A DNA stretch of 64,000 nucleotides, from positions 160,001-224,000 of the forward strand of contig JAHQWG010000016.1 of the NCBI GenBank assembly GCA_029856045.1. Direction: 5' to 3'. Positions within the stretch are counted from its first letter, which is position 1; each line of letters starts with the position of its first letter. The position numbers and the translations under genes are program-made. The notes beneath the pieces are model-generated. The model worked only from the letters and a program-made list of their open reading frames with translations. It had not been told where the DNA came from and did no database searches. Source of the stretch: Promethearchaeia archaeon (lineage in GTDB: Archaea > Asgardarchaeota > Lokiarchaeia > Sigyniarchaeales > SOKP01). This document shows, in pieces, positions 51,657-62,324 of the stretch.

Positions 51657-52809
51657 TGTAATCATAATCGGTTCGGGAAGTATTGGAGTTCCAACTGCAT
51701 TAGCCACAGCTCATGATGGACTTAAAACACTCGTTATTGAAGTATTACCTTCTCTTGCTCAAGGCGACAATAAACATGCAATTGGTGGAATTCGAGCAAC
51801 TCATTCACAAAAAAGTAAAATCTGGATTTGCCAAAGATCCATAGAAATCTTTTCTACTTGGAAAAAGAAGTACGGGGATGATATTTGGTGGGTTGAAGGG
51901 GGTTATGTTTTTATAGCAATTACAGAAGAACAAGAGAAATTGCTAAAAGACACTGTTGATCTTCAAAAGAAATATGGCTTAAACATTGAATATGTTGATG
52001 CGGAAAAAATTAAGGTACTTATACCTGGTATTAATGATCAAGGGTTATTGGGAGGAACTTTTAGCCCTAAAGATGGAAATGCTTCCCCTTTATTAGCCTT
52101 ACATTCCTTTTATCAGCAGTCAATAAATTGGGGGGCAGAATATAAATTTAAAGAAAAAGTTATTGATATTTTAATATATAATAAGAAAGTAACTGCTGTT
52201 AAAACTACAAAGGGCACCTATAAAACAAAAAATATAATTAATGCAGCTGGGGCTCTTGCAAAAAATATTGGTCAAATGGCTGGAATCGATATACCCGTGC
52301 AACCTGATTCTCACGAAGCTGGAATTACTGAACCTATTAAAAATTTTTTTTCACCTATGGTTGTTGATACACATCCCTGCTTAGATCCAAAATTTGGGAA
52401 TTCAAAAAATTATTATTTCTATCAGAATAAAGAAGGACAAATTATTTTCTGCCTTACTCCTGATCCAAGCAAATTTGGCACAGATCGAAGAGAAACAAGT
52501 TCCTTTTTACCGCAAATTTCAAAGAGGATGATTAAACTTTTACCTCGTTTGCGCAATATAAAAATAAGACGAACATGGCGAGGGTTATACCCAATGACTC
52601 TTGATGGAAATCCTATTATTGGACCTGTTAATAACCTTAAAGGATATATTAATGCTGTTGGGATGTGTGGACAAGGTTTTATGCTTGGTCCCGGGGTGGG
52701 GGAACTTCTAAGTCGTCTTTTAACTGGGAGAATTAACTCTCAAGATAATGAAATTTTTGAAGATCTTTCATTATATCGAAATTTTTATCAAGCAGAAGAT
52801 TTAAAGTAA
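51619..52809 (+). CDS. FAD-dependent amino-acid dehydrogenase beta subunit (DAO family)
   Basis: YDVIIIGSGSIG, GGIR, RTWRGLYPMTLDGNPIIG, GMCGQGFMLGP. Confidence 0.88.
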   Translation: MLEQRRRINIEYDVIIIGSGSIGVPTALATAHDGLKTLVIEVLPSLAQGDNKHAIGGIRATHSQKSKIWICQRSIEIFSTWKKKYGDDIWWVEGGYVFIAITEEQEKLLKDTVDLQKKYGLNIEYVDAEKIKVLIPGINDQGLLGGTFSPKDGNASPLLALHSFYQQSINWGAEYKFKEKVIDILIYNKKVTAVKTTKGTYKTKNIINAAGALAKNIGQMAGIDIPVQPDSHEAGITEPIKNFFSPMVVDTHPCLDPKFGNSKNYYFYQNKEGQIIFCLTPDPSKFGTDRRETSSFLPQISKRMIKLLPRLRNIKIRRTWRGLYPMTLDGNPIIGPVNNLKGYINAVGMCGQGFMLGPGVGELLSRLLTGRINSQDNEIFEDLSLYRNFYQAEDLK

Positions 52810-52889
52810 AAATTTAAATAAAGAAATTATGGTATAAATCAAGTTAATAATCAAAGTGGAAAAATTATGATAATAAACATTCAAGATTA

Positions 52890-53843
52890 ATGAAATTAGA
52901 GGTGGATAAAATGATAAGACATTTATTAAAGATATCTGATTTCACAAAAGAGGAGTCCGAGAGAATTATTAACAAAGCAATTGAAATCAAGGCAAAGATG
53001 GAAAATTATAATACTATTTTGAAAAATAAAACCCTTTTAATGCTTTTTGAGAAACCATCTTTAAGAACTCGTGTTTCTTTTGAAACAGGAATGGAACAAC
53101 TTGGTGGTCATGCAATTTTTTATTCAATAAAAGATTCTCCTCTTGGAAAGAAAGAGAATATACATGATACAGCAAAAGTTACCTCAAGGTTTGTTGATTT
53201 GATTGCTGCTAGGGTTTTTAAAAGGGAGGATCTTCGAGAACTGGCAAAACACTCAGATGTTCCCGTTATAAATATGTTAGATGATTTTGCCCACCCTTGT
53301 CAAATCCTTAGCGATTTTCAAACTATTAAAGAGAAAAAAAATCGTCTTAAAAACTTGAAGATCTCATATTTTGGAGATGCTCATAATAACGTTACCTATG
53401 ACCTTATGAGGATGACTGCAATATTTGGTTTAAGAATGGATGTTGCATGTCCCAAGGGTGTAGAGTATTCCCCTGAGCAAGAAGTACTAGATGAGGTTGC
53501 AGAACTTTCAAGGAATACTGGAGCTGTAGTTAGGGTAATTGATAATGCCATAGAAGCCGCAAAGGAATCTGATATTGTATATACCGATTCATGGATGTCT
53601 TATGGAATTCCAGAAGAGCAAGAAGAAGAAAGAAAGAAAGATTTTATGCCCTATCAAGTAACCTCCATTATTATGTCAGCAGCAAAACCTGAAGCAATTT
53701 TCATGAATTGTCTACCTGCTATGCGAGGATATGAACAGACCGCCGAAATTATTGACGGTCCTCAATCTATAGTCTTTGATCAGGCAGAAAATCGCTTGCA
53801 TGCACAAAAAGCAATAATATTATTTTTACTTGACAAATTTTAA
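52890..53843 (+). CDS. arcB: Ornithine carbamoyltransferase
   Basis: PSLRTRVSFE, HPCQ, TDSWMSYG, NCLPA, QAENRLH. Confidence 0.95.
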   Translation: MKLEVDKMIRHLLKISDFTKEESERIINKAIEIKAKMENYNTILKNKTLLMLFEKPSLRTRVSFETGMEQLGGHAIFYSIKDSPLGKKENIHDTAKVTSRFVDLIAARVFKREDLRELAKHSDVPVINMLDDFAHPCQILSDFQTIKEKKNRLKNLKISYFGDAHNNVTYDLMRMTAIFGLRMDVACPKGVEYSPEQEVLDEVAELSRNTGAVVRVIDNAIEAAKESDIVYTDSWMSYGIPEEQEEERKKDFMPYQVTSIIMSAAKPEAIFMNCLPAMRGYEQTAEIIDGPQSIVFDQAENRLHAQKAIILFLLDKF

Positions 53844-53875
53844 AAAAAAATGCCTAGTTTTGGAGAAAAATTATT

Positions 53876-54781
53876 ATGAAAACTTTAATCGTTGCGCTTG
53901 GTGGAAACGCGCTAATTAAGTTTGGAGAAGAAGGAACTACTGAAGAACAATTTAGAAATTTACGAACTCCAATCAGACAAATTGCCGAATTATCAAAGGA
54001 ATATAATATCATTATAACACATGGAAATGGACCTCAAGTTGGAAACCTTCTACTGCAACAAGAGGCAACTAATGAAGTCACAAAAAGACCCTTGGGGATT
54101 TTAGTAGCTGAAACCCAAGGACAAATTGGATATATGATCGAATCAACCTTGGATGAGGAACTTATGCGCCTTAATATTGATGTTGAAAAACTATTTCTTA
54201 CTGTGTTGACATATGTACAAGTTGATCCTGAAGATCCAGCATTTAAACACCCAACTAAACCAATCGGACCTGCTTATTCAGAACCAGAACCTGGGTTTGT
54301 AAAAACTCCAAAAGGATGGCGACGAGTTGTTCCCTCTCCAAAACCCATCAAAATCTATCAATGGCGTGAAATTGAAAAATTAATCCAAGAAAATTTTATT
54401 GTAATTGCTTGCGGTGGTGGAGGAATTCCTGTGATAAAAGATGGTAGACGATTGCAAGGGGTTGAAGCTGTTATTGATAAAGATCTTGCTAGTGCAAAAT
54501 TGGGCCAACAAGTTGGTGCAGACATTCTGTTAATTGCAACTGATGTTGAATATGTTGCCTTGAATTATAAAAAACCAAATCAAAGGAATCTATTAAACCT
54601 TTCAATTTCAGATGTAAAAAAATATCTAAAGGAAGGACAGTTCCCAACTGGAAATATGGGCCCAAAAATGGAAGCTGTTATAAACTTTTTGGAATCTGGT
54701 GGAGAAAAAGCAATTATAACATCAATTGAAAATATCAAAGTAGCATTGCACGGAAAAACAGGAACTCAAATATATAAATAA
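53876..54781 (+). CDS. arcC: Carbamate kinase
   Basis: VALGGNAL, THGNGPQVG, PTKPIG, RRVVPSP, EAVIDKD, GNMGPK. Confidence 0.97.
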   Translation: MKTLIVALGGNALIKFGEEGTTEEQFRNLRTPIRQIAELSKEYNIIITHGNGPQVGNLLLQQEATNEVTKRPLGILVAETQGQIGYMIESTLDEELMRLNIDVEKLFLTVLTYVQVDPEDPAFKHPTKPIGPAYSEPEPGFVKTPKGWRRVVPSPKPIKIYQWREIEKLIQENFIVIACGGGGIPVIKDGRRLQGVEAVIDKDLASAKLGQQVGADILLIATDVEYVALNYKKPNQRNLLNLSISDVKKYLKEGQFPTGNMGPKMEAVINFLESGGEKAIITSIENIKVALHGKTGTQIYK

Positions 54782-54842
54782 GTAATTAAATTTAATTATT
54801 ATTATCTATTGAAAAGAGAAAAATGATTGTATTATAGGACAT

Positions 54843-56102
54843 TTAATCAACAATTACATTTTCAATTATCTTCAAAGCCCAATCAATTTCTTTCTTGGTA
54901 ATTATTAAAGGTGGAGCGAAACGAATAGTTGTTGAATGAGTATCTTTGGCTAGAATTCCCTGTTCTTTTAGTTTCTCTACGAAATGTCTTGCCTCTCCCT
55001 CAAACTCAATGGCGATTAATAAACCCTTTCCCCTTACTTCTTTAACCGGGACTTTTGTTTTCTTATTTGTGATCTTTTTTAATCCATCAATAAAATAAGC
55101 ACCAATTTCTCTTGCTCGTTCTGCGAGATTTTCATTAATATGAACATCCAATGATTTCATAGCAACTGCAGCTGCTAGAGGGTTACCACCAAAGGTACTT
55201 CCATGGGTTCCTGGAGTTATTATCTCTGGACCAATTATCTCAGCTGTTGTTACAACTGCTGAAACTGGATATACTCCTCCTCCAAGCGCTTTACCAAGTA
55301 GAAACATATCTGGTTTGACATTTTCATGATCACACGCGAAAAGTTTTCCAGTCCTACAAAAACCCGTCTGTATTTCATCAACCATTAACAAAATATTATA
55401 TTTAGAACAAATCTTTCTTATCTTTCTTAAATATCCCTCTGGAGGGACTTTCACTCCCGCCTCTCCTTGGATTGGTTCAACTAAAAATGCTGCCACTTTT
55501 CCTGGACCAATTTCTAAGATTGTATTTTCCAATTTTTCTGCATCTCCATAAGGGATAATTGTAAACCCAGGCGTAAAAGGACCAAAATTATCGAAATATC
55601 TTGCATGTTGAATATCTGTACTTAATCCTACTAAAGTAATCGTTCTTCCGTGAAAATTATCATTACATACAATAATATTTGCCTCTCCTTTTGGTATCTT
55701 TTTCTTTATATAACTCCATGCTCTTGCTACTTTTAAACCTGTCTCCACTGCTTCTGCCCCCGTATTCATTGGCAAAGCCATTATCCCTGTTTTTTTTGGA
55801 TTATTCACATGTGGCCCAACAATATCACATAACTGTTTTAAATATGGTCCCATCATGTCATTATGGAATGCTCGAGAAGTTAGAGTTACTTTATCAGCTT
55901 GGTCTTTCAATGCTTTTATTATTTCAGGATGACAATGTCCAGTATTTTGACTTGAATATGCTGATAAACAGTCAAGATATTTTTTTCCTTCTGGATCATA
56001 TACCCAACACCCTTCTGCTTTTGATATAACTACAGAGATGGGATGATAATTATGAGCACCGTATTTTAAATCCATTTCAATGAATTCTTTTGAAGTTGGC
56101 AT
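54843..56102 (-). CDS. rocD: Ornithine aminotransferase
   Basis: GAHNYHP, LSAYS, LTSRAF, PMNTGAEAVET, EPIQGEAG, DEIQTG, PLP-Lys LGKALGGG. Confidence 0.95.
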   Translation of the reverse strand: MPTSKEFIEMDLKYGAHNYHPISVVISKAEGCWVYDPEGKKYLDCLSAYSSQNTGHCHPEIIKALKDQADKVTLTSRAFHNDMMGPYLKQLCDIVGPHVNNPKKTGIMALPMNTGAEAVETGLKVARAWSYIKKKIPKGEANIIVCNDNFHGRTITLVGLSTDIQHARYFDNFGPFTPGFTIIPYGDAEKLENTILEIGPGKVAAFLVEPIQGEAGVKVPPEGYLRKIRKICSKYNILLMVDEIQTGFCRTGKLFACDHENVKPDMFLLGKALGGGVYPVSAVVTTAEIIGPEIITPGTHGSTFGGNPLAAAVAMKSLDVHINENLAERAREIGAYFIDGLKKITNKKTKVPVKEVRGKGLLIAIEFEGEARHFVEKLKEQGILAKDTHSTTIRFAPPLIITKKEIDWALKIIENVIVD

Positions 56103-56382
56103 AAGATTTCAACTTTTGACAAGAGTTTTTTATATCTATTTTTTTCTAATATAATTATTCTATTTTTATAAAATAATTAAATTTTATTATGATTTTATTG
56201 CTTATATAAACTTGAAGATTATATTTATCATTTTACAATCAGATTTTGAGTAATTTGAGAGGAAAAACCAAATAATAAATAAAAATGTACTCTTTAAATA
56301 CTTAAAACTAAGAAATATGGCATAGGTGGAATTTATTTATTGATCCATCTTTGGAATTATATTTTTAATTGGTGTTTTTATA

Positions 56383-57354
56383 TTGAATAAAGATCTAAAA
56401 TCTCTTCTGAAATCTGCCAAACTCCTCTTTATCGGAGGTAAAGGTGGCGTTGGTAAAACCACACTAGCATCTGCTTCAGCTATCTGGGCTGCAGAACATG
56501 GTAGAAAAACATTAATAATTAGTACTGATCCAGCACATTCTTTAGGTGATTCTTTAGATCAAAAATTACCACAAGGAGAAACCACTCAAGTGGAAAATGT
56601 TATCAATTTATTTGCTTTAGAAATTAATCCAAAAATCAATCTGGAAGAATATCAATCAGCTATGAATGTAAATCCACTTGATTCTATGCCTTTTGGAGAT
56701 TCTTTGCCTTTTATGGAAGATATTGGGAGTTTTGCGAGCATGAATCCTCCAGGAATAGATGAGGCAATGGCTTTTGGAAAAGTTTTGGAATTTATTGAGA
56801 CGGAATCAGATTTTGATTTGGTAGTTTTTGATACAGCTCCAACAGGGCATACTTTACGTCTTCTTTCGTTACCAGATCTTTTATCTGGCTGGATTGGAAA
56901 ATTAATATCTCTTCGTTTAAAATTAGGGAAAGTATTTGGTATGTTTAAAAAAATGTTCTCAAAAACTGAAGTGAAGGAGGAAGATCCATTTGAAATGTTT
57001 AAAAAATTAAAAAATTCAATAGTAAATGCTAAGGATGAATTAAAGGATCCGTCAAAAACATCATTTATAGTCGTCATGATCTCGGAAGCTATGGCTCTTT
57101 ATGAAACCGAGCGATTATTAAGGGGTCTTTATCAATATGAAATCCCTGTATCCAATATAATTATTAACCAATTATTTCCAGAATCTGTTGATTGTAAATT
57201 CTGCCAATCTCGACGTAATATGCAAATGAAAAACCTAAAAGAGATTAGATATATTTATGAGGAAGATTTTAATTTAATAGAAATCCCTTTATTTGATAAT
57301 GAAATTAAGGGCTATGAACAGTTAAAAAAATTAAGTAAATATTTATTTCAATAA
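56383..57354 (+). CDS. ArsA/Get3 (TRC40)-family ATPase
   Basis: GGKGGVGKTT, STDPAHSL, PGIDE, DTAPTGHTLRLL, Met-rich insert and CKFC motif (Get3-like). Confidence 0.92.
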   Translation: MNKDLKSLLKSAKLLFIGGKGGVGKTTLASASAIWAAEHGRKTLIISTDPAHSLGDSLDQKLPQGETTQVENVINLFALEINPKINLEEYQSAMNVNPLDSMPFGDSLPFMEDIGSFASMNPPGIDEAMAFGKVLEFIETESDFDLVVFDTAPTGHTLRLLSLPDLLSGWIGKLISLRLKLGKVFGMFKKMFSKTEVKEEDPFEMFKKLKNSIVNAKDELKDPSKTSFIVVMISEAMALYETERLLRGLYQYEIPVSNIIINQLFPESVDCKFCQSRRNMQMKNLKEIRYIYEEDFNLIEIPLFDNEIKGYEQLKKLSKYLFQ

Positions 57355-58307
57355 GGAGCAATATTCTCCTTTATCTCACAAAAAAGGCAAATTTCTCTAT
57401 TTTTTCCACAAGGTTGATTACATATTTTACAAGTATTAAAATCCGATTCTTTGTCCTTTAATTGTTGATTATATCCCCATAAAATATCAGATAATTCTAT
57501 AAAACCTTTGAAGAGGTTGAATTTTATTTCAGGACTATATTCTTCACAATTATTTAGAAACGATTGCACTCTTTTACGTAAAATCGGATATTTTATTTTA
57601 TAAGGGCAAGGAACATTAACAAAATTTAATCCTTTGTTTTGCGCATACAGAAGAATTTCCTTTTCGGGAATTTTCATTAAAGGTTTTTCCTTTTTCATGT
57701 ATATTATATTATTTTCTTCAAGAAATGGATTCATTCTCGAAATTTTGTTAAAATCTTTTCTTAAAAAATTCATTAAGAATGTTTGAGAAACATCATCCAA
57801 GTTATGTCCTAGAACCAAAACGGTTCCACCTAATCTCTTTCCTTCGTCATTAAGCAATCGGCGTCTAATTGTTGCACATATATTACACGGATAAATTTCT
57901 CCATAATTATTTTTATAAATTTCCAAAATTTCTTCCATACTTTTTCCCAATTTCTCTTTAAATGAAATAATTTTATGCTCAACCTTATTTATTTTACAAT
58001 ATTCTTTAGATTTTATTATACACTTCTCTCTATATTCTGAAATACCTTCATTAATTGTTAATGCAATAATCGAAGGAGAATTAGGAATTTTTTTTTGTAT
58101 CGTAATTAAATTGCATAAAAGTACCATCGAATCCTTCCCACCAGATAAACCTAGGATTATTTTATCTTGTGGTTTCAACATTTTAAATTTAGAAATCGTT
58201 TTATAGATTTGGTGCTCAATAGATTTATTAAAACAATTACCGCATAAATTTTCACCAGAATGTTTTCTGTGATATATACTATTATTTTCGCAATAACTAC
58301 ATTTCAT
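57348..58307 (-). CDS. ncsA: tRNA 2-thiolation protein (NcsA/TtuA/Ncs6 family)
   Basis: N- and C-terminal Zn fingers, PP-loop SGGKDS, CNIC, GHNLDD, CPY. Confidence 0.9.
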   Translation of the reverse strand: MKCSYCENNSIYHRKHSGENLCGNCFNKSIEHQIYKTISKFKMLKPQDKIILGLSGGKDSMVLLCNLITIQKKIPNSPSIIALTINEGISEYREKCIIKSKEYCKINKVEHKIISFKEKLGKSMEEILEIYKNNYGEIYPCNICATIRRRLLNDEGKRLGGTVLVLGHNLDDVSQTFLMNFLRKDFNKISRMNPFLEENNIIYMKKEKPLMKIPEKEILLYAQNKGLNFVNVPCPYKIKYPILRKRVQSFLNNCEEYSPEIKFNLFKGFIELSDILWGYNQQLKDKESDFNTCKICNQPCGKNREICLFCEIKENIAPY

Positions 58308-58324
58308 ATTTTACTTATTTTACA

Positions 58325-60433
58325 TCAAAAATTAAATATACTTGAAATATCCCCAAATCTCATAAATGATAAAATAATATTAGCTAAAAAAGCTAATGTA
58401 ATAATCAACCTGATCGAATTTATTATTTTTTTCTTGATTGGACTCTTACTATCAAATTGATATTCATAATTAACTTCAAAAATTGACTTTTCTTTAATTT
58501 TTGATGTCTCTGGAAATGTTAAAGCCAAAACATCCTTAAAACCATCTCCAGTTCCATCAATTAAATGATAGTTATCTAAGCCAATAATTATTTCTCCTTC
58601 TTCAGATTTTAATTTTAATGAATTTATTTTGTTTATTCTATATTGATTTAATGGATACTCTTTTTTCTCTCTTTTATAGTAAAATTCTTCTATCTTCTTT
58701 TCTATAGAATCATATTTTTCACCAATTATTTTATTAATAATCTCGTTAATTATTCGATCTCCATCAAAAATTGGAATAGGCAACATATTAAATATGGTAA
58801 CACTAAAAGAAACCACAAAAAACCATAAAAGTTGTCTTAATAAATAAAAAGGAAAGTTGCCTGATAACCAAATTGATAAAAAATTTTTTGGTATCCAATA
58901 ATTCTTATTACTAAATATGCCAATTTTAACTGACTTAGTAGGAATTTCTAACGTATTTGTATTAATTTCTAAAATTTCTTGGTCTCGTTTAATTTTAAAA
59001 TTGATAGGTTCACTAGGATTTAAAGTTAAATTATCAATTATATTCTTAAAACTATGTTCGTTCGATTGTATACCAATCCCTTCTACCTCAAGGATTTGAT
59101 CACCTTCCTTAAGTATCCCCTCATTTATACCAGATTCAGTTAAATTATTAAAAACCTTTGAAATATGTATATCATTATTACCTAGATCTTCATAAAGGAT
59201 TCCCATATACAAATTTTCAAAAATAAATGCCCCGGGAACTAAAGGTACAGCATCAACATCCAATAAATAGGATACTCCGCTATCTGCTGTAAGATTTAGA
59301 TAATCACCTGGTTGGACTTGAGTTAAAATATAATCTATTGTTATGTTATTGGATACATCAACTTGAGTTCCATTAATCTTAGTAATGAGAGTCCCAATAG
59401 TTAGATTTTTATCGTAATTATTTCCTCCTTGAAGGGCGGAATATACTTGGTTTATTTTTAATTCTCCATTTGAAATATTCTCATAAGAAATTCCAATAAA
59501 ATTGTAGATCCCCAAATTAACAGACTTATATAAATATGAATTGGAATTTGCATTATAAATCGTAAAATTAAGAGAATCTCCAACTGAACATTTAATTTGA
59601 GTTTTATTTACTAATATATTGTCTAAATCAACACCATTGTCAACATCAATTAAAGTCTCGTTTATCGCTACTACAACATCTCCCTCGATTAAATTATTAT
59701 AATTATACCCTCCTTCATATGGCTGAGAAACGTAATCAATTTGAAACACTCTAGGTCCATAAGAAGGAGTAATTAAACCTGTAAAATTTAATATGAGTAA
59801 AATACCAATACCAGCCATTATTGCATTTGAATATGTGCCTGCTGCTGCAATTCTCAGACGGGTTTTCCATAAACTTGGTTTTGAATTTAAAGTGTGTTCA
59901 TCAACTTCACAATAGGCTCCAAAACCTAACAAATAAAATAACCCTCCTGCAAAAACTCCTGTTGATAAAACATTAATATTATCTGATCCTGCAGCCATTG
60001 CATGAGAAAATTCATGAATGGTAACAACGAATAGTATTGGAATTATTAAGTACGCAAATGTTGGAAGATCAATTGTTAACCCAGGAACCAATGGAATAAG
60101 AGCATTTTCAATCGATGGACTAATTAGTAATGATACTAGATTATAAAATATGAGCCAAATTCCATAAATCATAAAAAAAAAAGAAACAAAAAATCCACAA
60201 CTCCAAAATATACGCCAAAATTTTGGGTGCCATTGAGATACTCTCTTCAAAAATTTATTTAAACGTTTTGTTCCAACCATTGCAAATAATGGAATAAAAA
60301 TATACATCAATCCTTTTCTTTTTTTTCCGAATACTATGATAATGATGAGCATAATTATCCAAAATATTGAGGATATTATAAAAAAAGGATTTAACACTAT
60401 TTCTAATACAATTTCAATTAAATTTATTGACAT
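58325..60433 (-). CDS. Site-2 protease (M50) with multiple PDZ-like domains
   Basis: HEFSH, AAAGTYSN, NMLPIPIFDG; three GD-x-(V/I)-x-x-I-(N/E)-G-like PDZ segments. Confidence 0.92.
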   Translation of the reverse strand: MSINLIEIVLEIVLNPFFIISSIFWIIMLIIIIVFGKKRKGLMYIFIPLFAMVGTKRLNKFLKRVSQWHPKFWRIFWSCGFFVSFFFMIYGIWLIFYNLVSLLISPSIENALIPLVPGLTIDLPTFAYLIIPILFVVTIHEFSHAMAAGSDNINVLSTGVFAGGLFYLLGFGAYCEVDEHTLNSKPSLWKTRLRIAAAGTYSNAIMAGIGILLILNFTGLITPSYGPRVFQIDYVSQPYEGGYNYNNLIEGDVVVAINETLIDVDNGVDLDNILVNKTQIKCSVGDSLNFTIYNANSNSYLYKSVNLGIYNFIGISYENISNGELKINQVYSALQGGNNYDKNLTIGTLITKINGTQVDVSNNITIDYILTQVQPGDYLNLTADSGVSYLLDVDAVPLVPGAFIFENLYMGILYEDLGNNDIHISKVFNNLTESGINEGILKEGDQILEVEGIGIQSNEHSFKNIIDNLTLNPSEPINFKIKRDQEILEINTNTLEIPTKSVKIGIFSNKNYWIPKNFLSIWLSGNFPFYLLRQLLWFFVVSFSVTIFNMLPIPIFDGDRIINEIINKIIGEKYDSIEKKIEEFYYKREKKEYPLNQYRINKINSLKLKSEEGEIIIGLDNYHLIDGTGDGFKDVLALTFPETSKIKEKSIFEVNYEYQFDSKSPIKKKIINSIRLIITLAFLANIILSFMRFGDISSIFNF

Positions 60434-60556
60434 AATTTAAATTTATTTTAAAGCCTGTTGAAAAAACTAAATTAGTATATTTAAATATTAATTTCAAAAA
60501 AAGGCTTTTGTTAATATTTTTTTTTTCTCTCTTTTTTCATGAAAAATTGAAAATAA

Positions 60557-60656
60557 TGGTAGAGGGGGTTGGATTTGAACCAACGATCTCAGGGTTTCTT
60601 AATGGCAGATACCAATTATGAGCCCTGCAGCATAAACCAGGCTAGCCCACCCCTCT
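60557..60656 (-). tRNA. Initiator tRNA-Met(CAU) with 21-nt canonical intron (60596-60616), CCA encoded
   Basis: A1:U72 (AGAGGGG/CCCCTCT-ACCA); anticodon stem CAGGG/CCCTG with three G-C pairs. Confidence 0.93.
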
Positions 60657-61023
60657 ATTCTTAACTCTTTACTAATCTTCTCGTATTTATTTATATTAAA
60701 AATTATATTAATTTATGATTAAATGTTAATAAAGATAAATATTATATTAATTTTAATATTCGCTTTTTTATTTAAATAATCTCCTTGAAGCAGACCCCAA
60801 TATTGAGTAATGTATATTTTAAATCCAAATTAAATAGAAATCTTTTTGTTTTTTTCATGATTGAAATAAATTGAATCAAGAAAAAATTTTTAATATTAGT
60901 AATTTTAAAGTAAAATATTATGTTATTAATGGGGAAAATATATATTTGAAACTTCCAAAAAAAATAATAAAAATTAGGATTTTTTCTAAATATTAATAAT
61001 ATTTATTAAATTTAAGAATTAAG

Positions 61024-61749
61024 ATGAGTAATAATACTCAAAGATTAATAAGGTACCCGGCATTAAGATGCTGGATAAAACATATTCTTGAAGGAACATA
61101 CTTACCCAACGAGAAAATACTATTTACAATTTTTGGAAAATATAAACGAGTTAGGATCTACGCAACGGTTTTGGATAAGAAGGAAATTATTAGTCAAAAA
61201 ATTGAAGAAAAATCAGATTTAGACAAAACCGATTTTAATTCAAGGTTAGAATTCGATTTGGATGATGGAACTGGCATAATAAGGGCGATTCTTTGGGGTG
61301 TTGTTGCTGAACAGTATTCCCATATTGTGAAAGGAGATTTGGTTGATGTAATGGGCATTATAAGACAGTGGAAAAATTATTTTTCTATTTCTCCCGAAAT
61401 GATTAAGCATATTGAAAATCCCAATTTTGTACTGTTAAGAGACGCAGAAATAATCAAAAAACTTAAAACCACTGTTCTAATGGAAATTCCAAAGAAAATT
61501 GAAGATGATTTTCCTATTGATGAGCTTTCTGAAGAATATGAAATGAATCATTTATTTAAAAGTGATGATGAAAAAGAACAAGTTCTAGAAAAAATTAAAG
61601 AATTAGGCGGTGAAATTAAAGGGATTCCGTTTGAAGAATTACAGAAATCATTAGTTTTTAATGAAAATGATTTAAAAAAATATCTTAAAGAATTGGAAAT
61701 TGAATCAAGAATATATCAAGTTGAAGAAAATAATTATCAATTGATATAA
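61024..61749 (+). CDS. rpa2: RPA32-like subunit (OB fold + C-terminal winged helix)
   Basis: RVRIYATV...LDDGTGII; C-terminal LKELEIESRIYQ. Confidence 0.85.
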   Translation: MSNNTQRLIRYPALRCWIKHILEGTYLPNEKILFTIFGKYKRVRIYATVLDKKEIISQKIEEKSDLDKTDFNSRLEFDLDDGTGIIRAILWGVVAEQYSHIVKGDLVDVMGIIRQWKNYFSISPEMIKHIENPNFVLLRDAEIIKKLKTTVLMEIPKKIEDDFPIDELSEEYEMNHLFKSDDEKEQVLEKIKELGGEIKGIPFEELQKSLVFNENDLKKYLKELEIESRIYQVEENNYQLI

Positions 61750-61896
61750 TAGACATTTTAGACATATTTTATATCAAGTTGTAAAAACTACAAAATTGAG
61801 AGCAAATCGAAAAATTTTTTTTTTTCTGAGAATTAAAATATTTAAGGAGTATTTAAAGAATTAAAAAAAAAAAAATAATGTAAGGGAAATATAAAG

Positions 61897-62307
61897 TTGG
61901 AGTTTGAACAATATAAAAAATATTTAAAACAAGCAATGGATCAAATTCCCGATGGGGCTAAACAAAAAGAGCGATTTATCATTCCAGATGTTGAAATAAG
62001 GCCTGAAGGAAAAAATACTATAATTTTAAATTTTTCTAAAATTATTCAAAAGATAAATAGAGATGCAAAACAGTTTCTACCAATTTTTTTGAAAAATATT
62101 GGCATGATGGGCGAAGATCGAGGAGGTCAATTGTTTTTAAAAGGACGACCTAAAAAAGATGTTCTAAATCGTCAAATAAATGAATATATTAATAGATATG
62201 TTTTATGCAAAATATGTAATAAACCTGATACTAGTATAGCTAAAGAGGATAAGAAATTGTATTTAGTCTGCCAAGCATGTGGAGCACGAACTCCAATTAT
62301 TGAATAA
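61897..62307 (+). CDS. eif2b: Translation initiation factor 2 beta subunit
   Basis: ERFIIP, TIILNF, YVLCKICNKPDT, CQACGA. Confidence 0.95.
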   Translation: MEFEQYKKYLKQAMDQIPDGAKQKERFIIPDVEIRPEGKNTIILNFSKIIQKINRDAKQFLPIFLKNIGMMGEDRGGQLFLKGRPKKDVLNRQINEYINRYVLCKICNKPDTSIAKEDKKLYLVCQACGARTPIIE

Positions 62308-62324
62308 AATTAGGTGTACTATAG

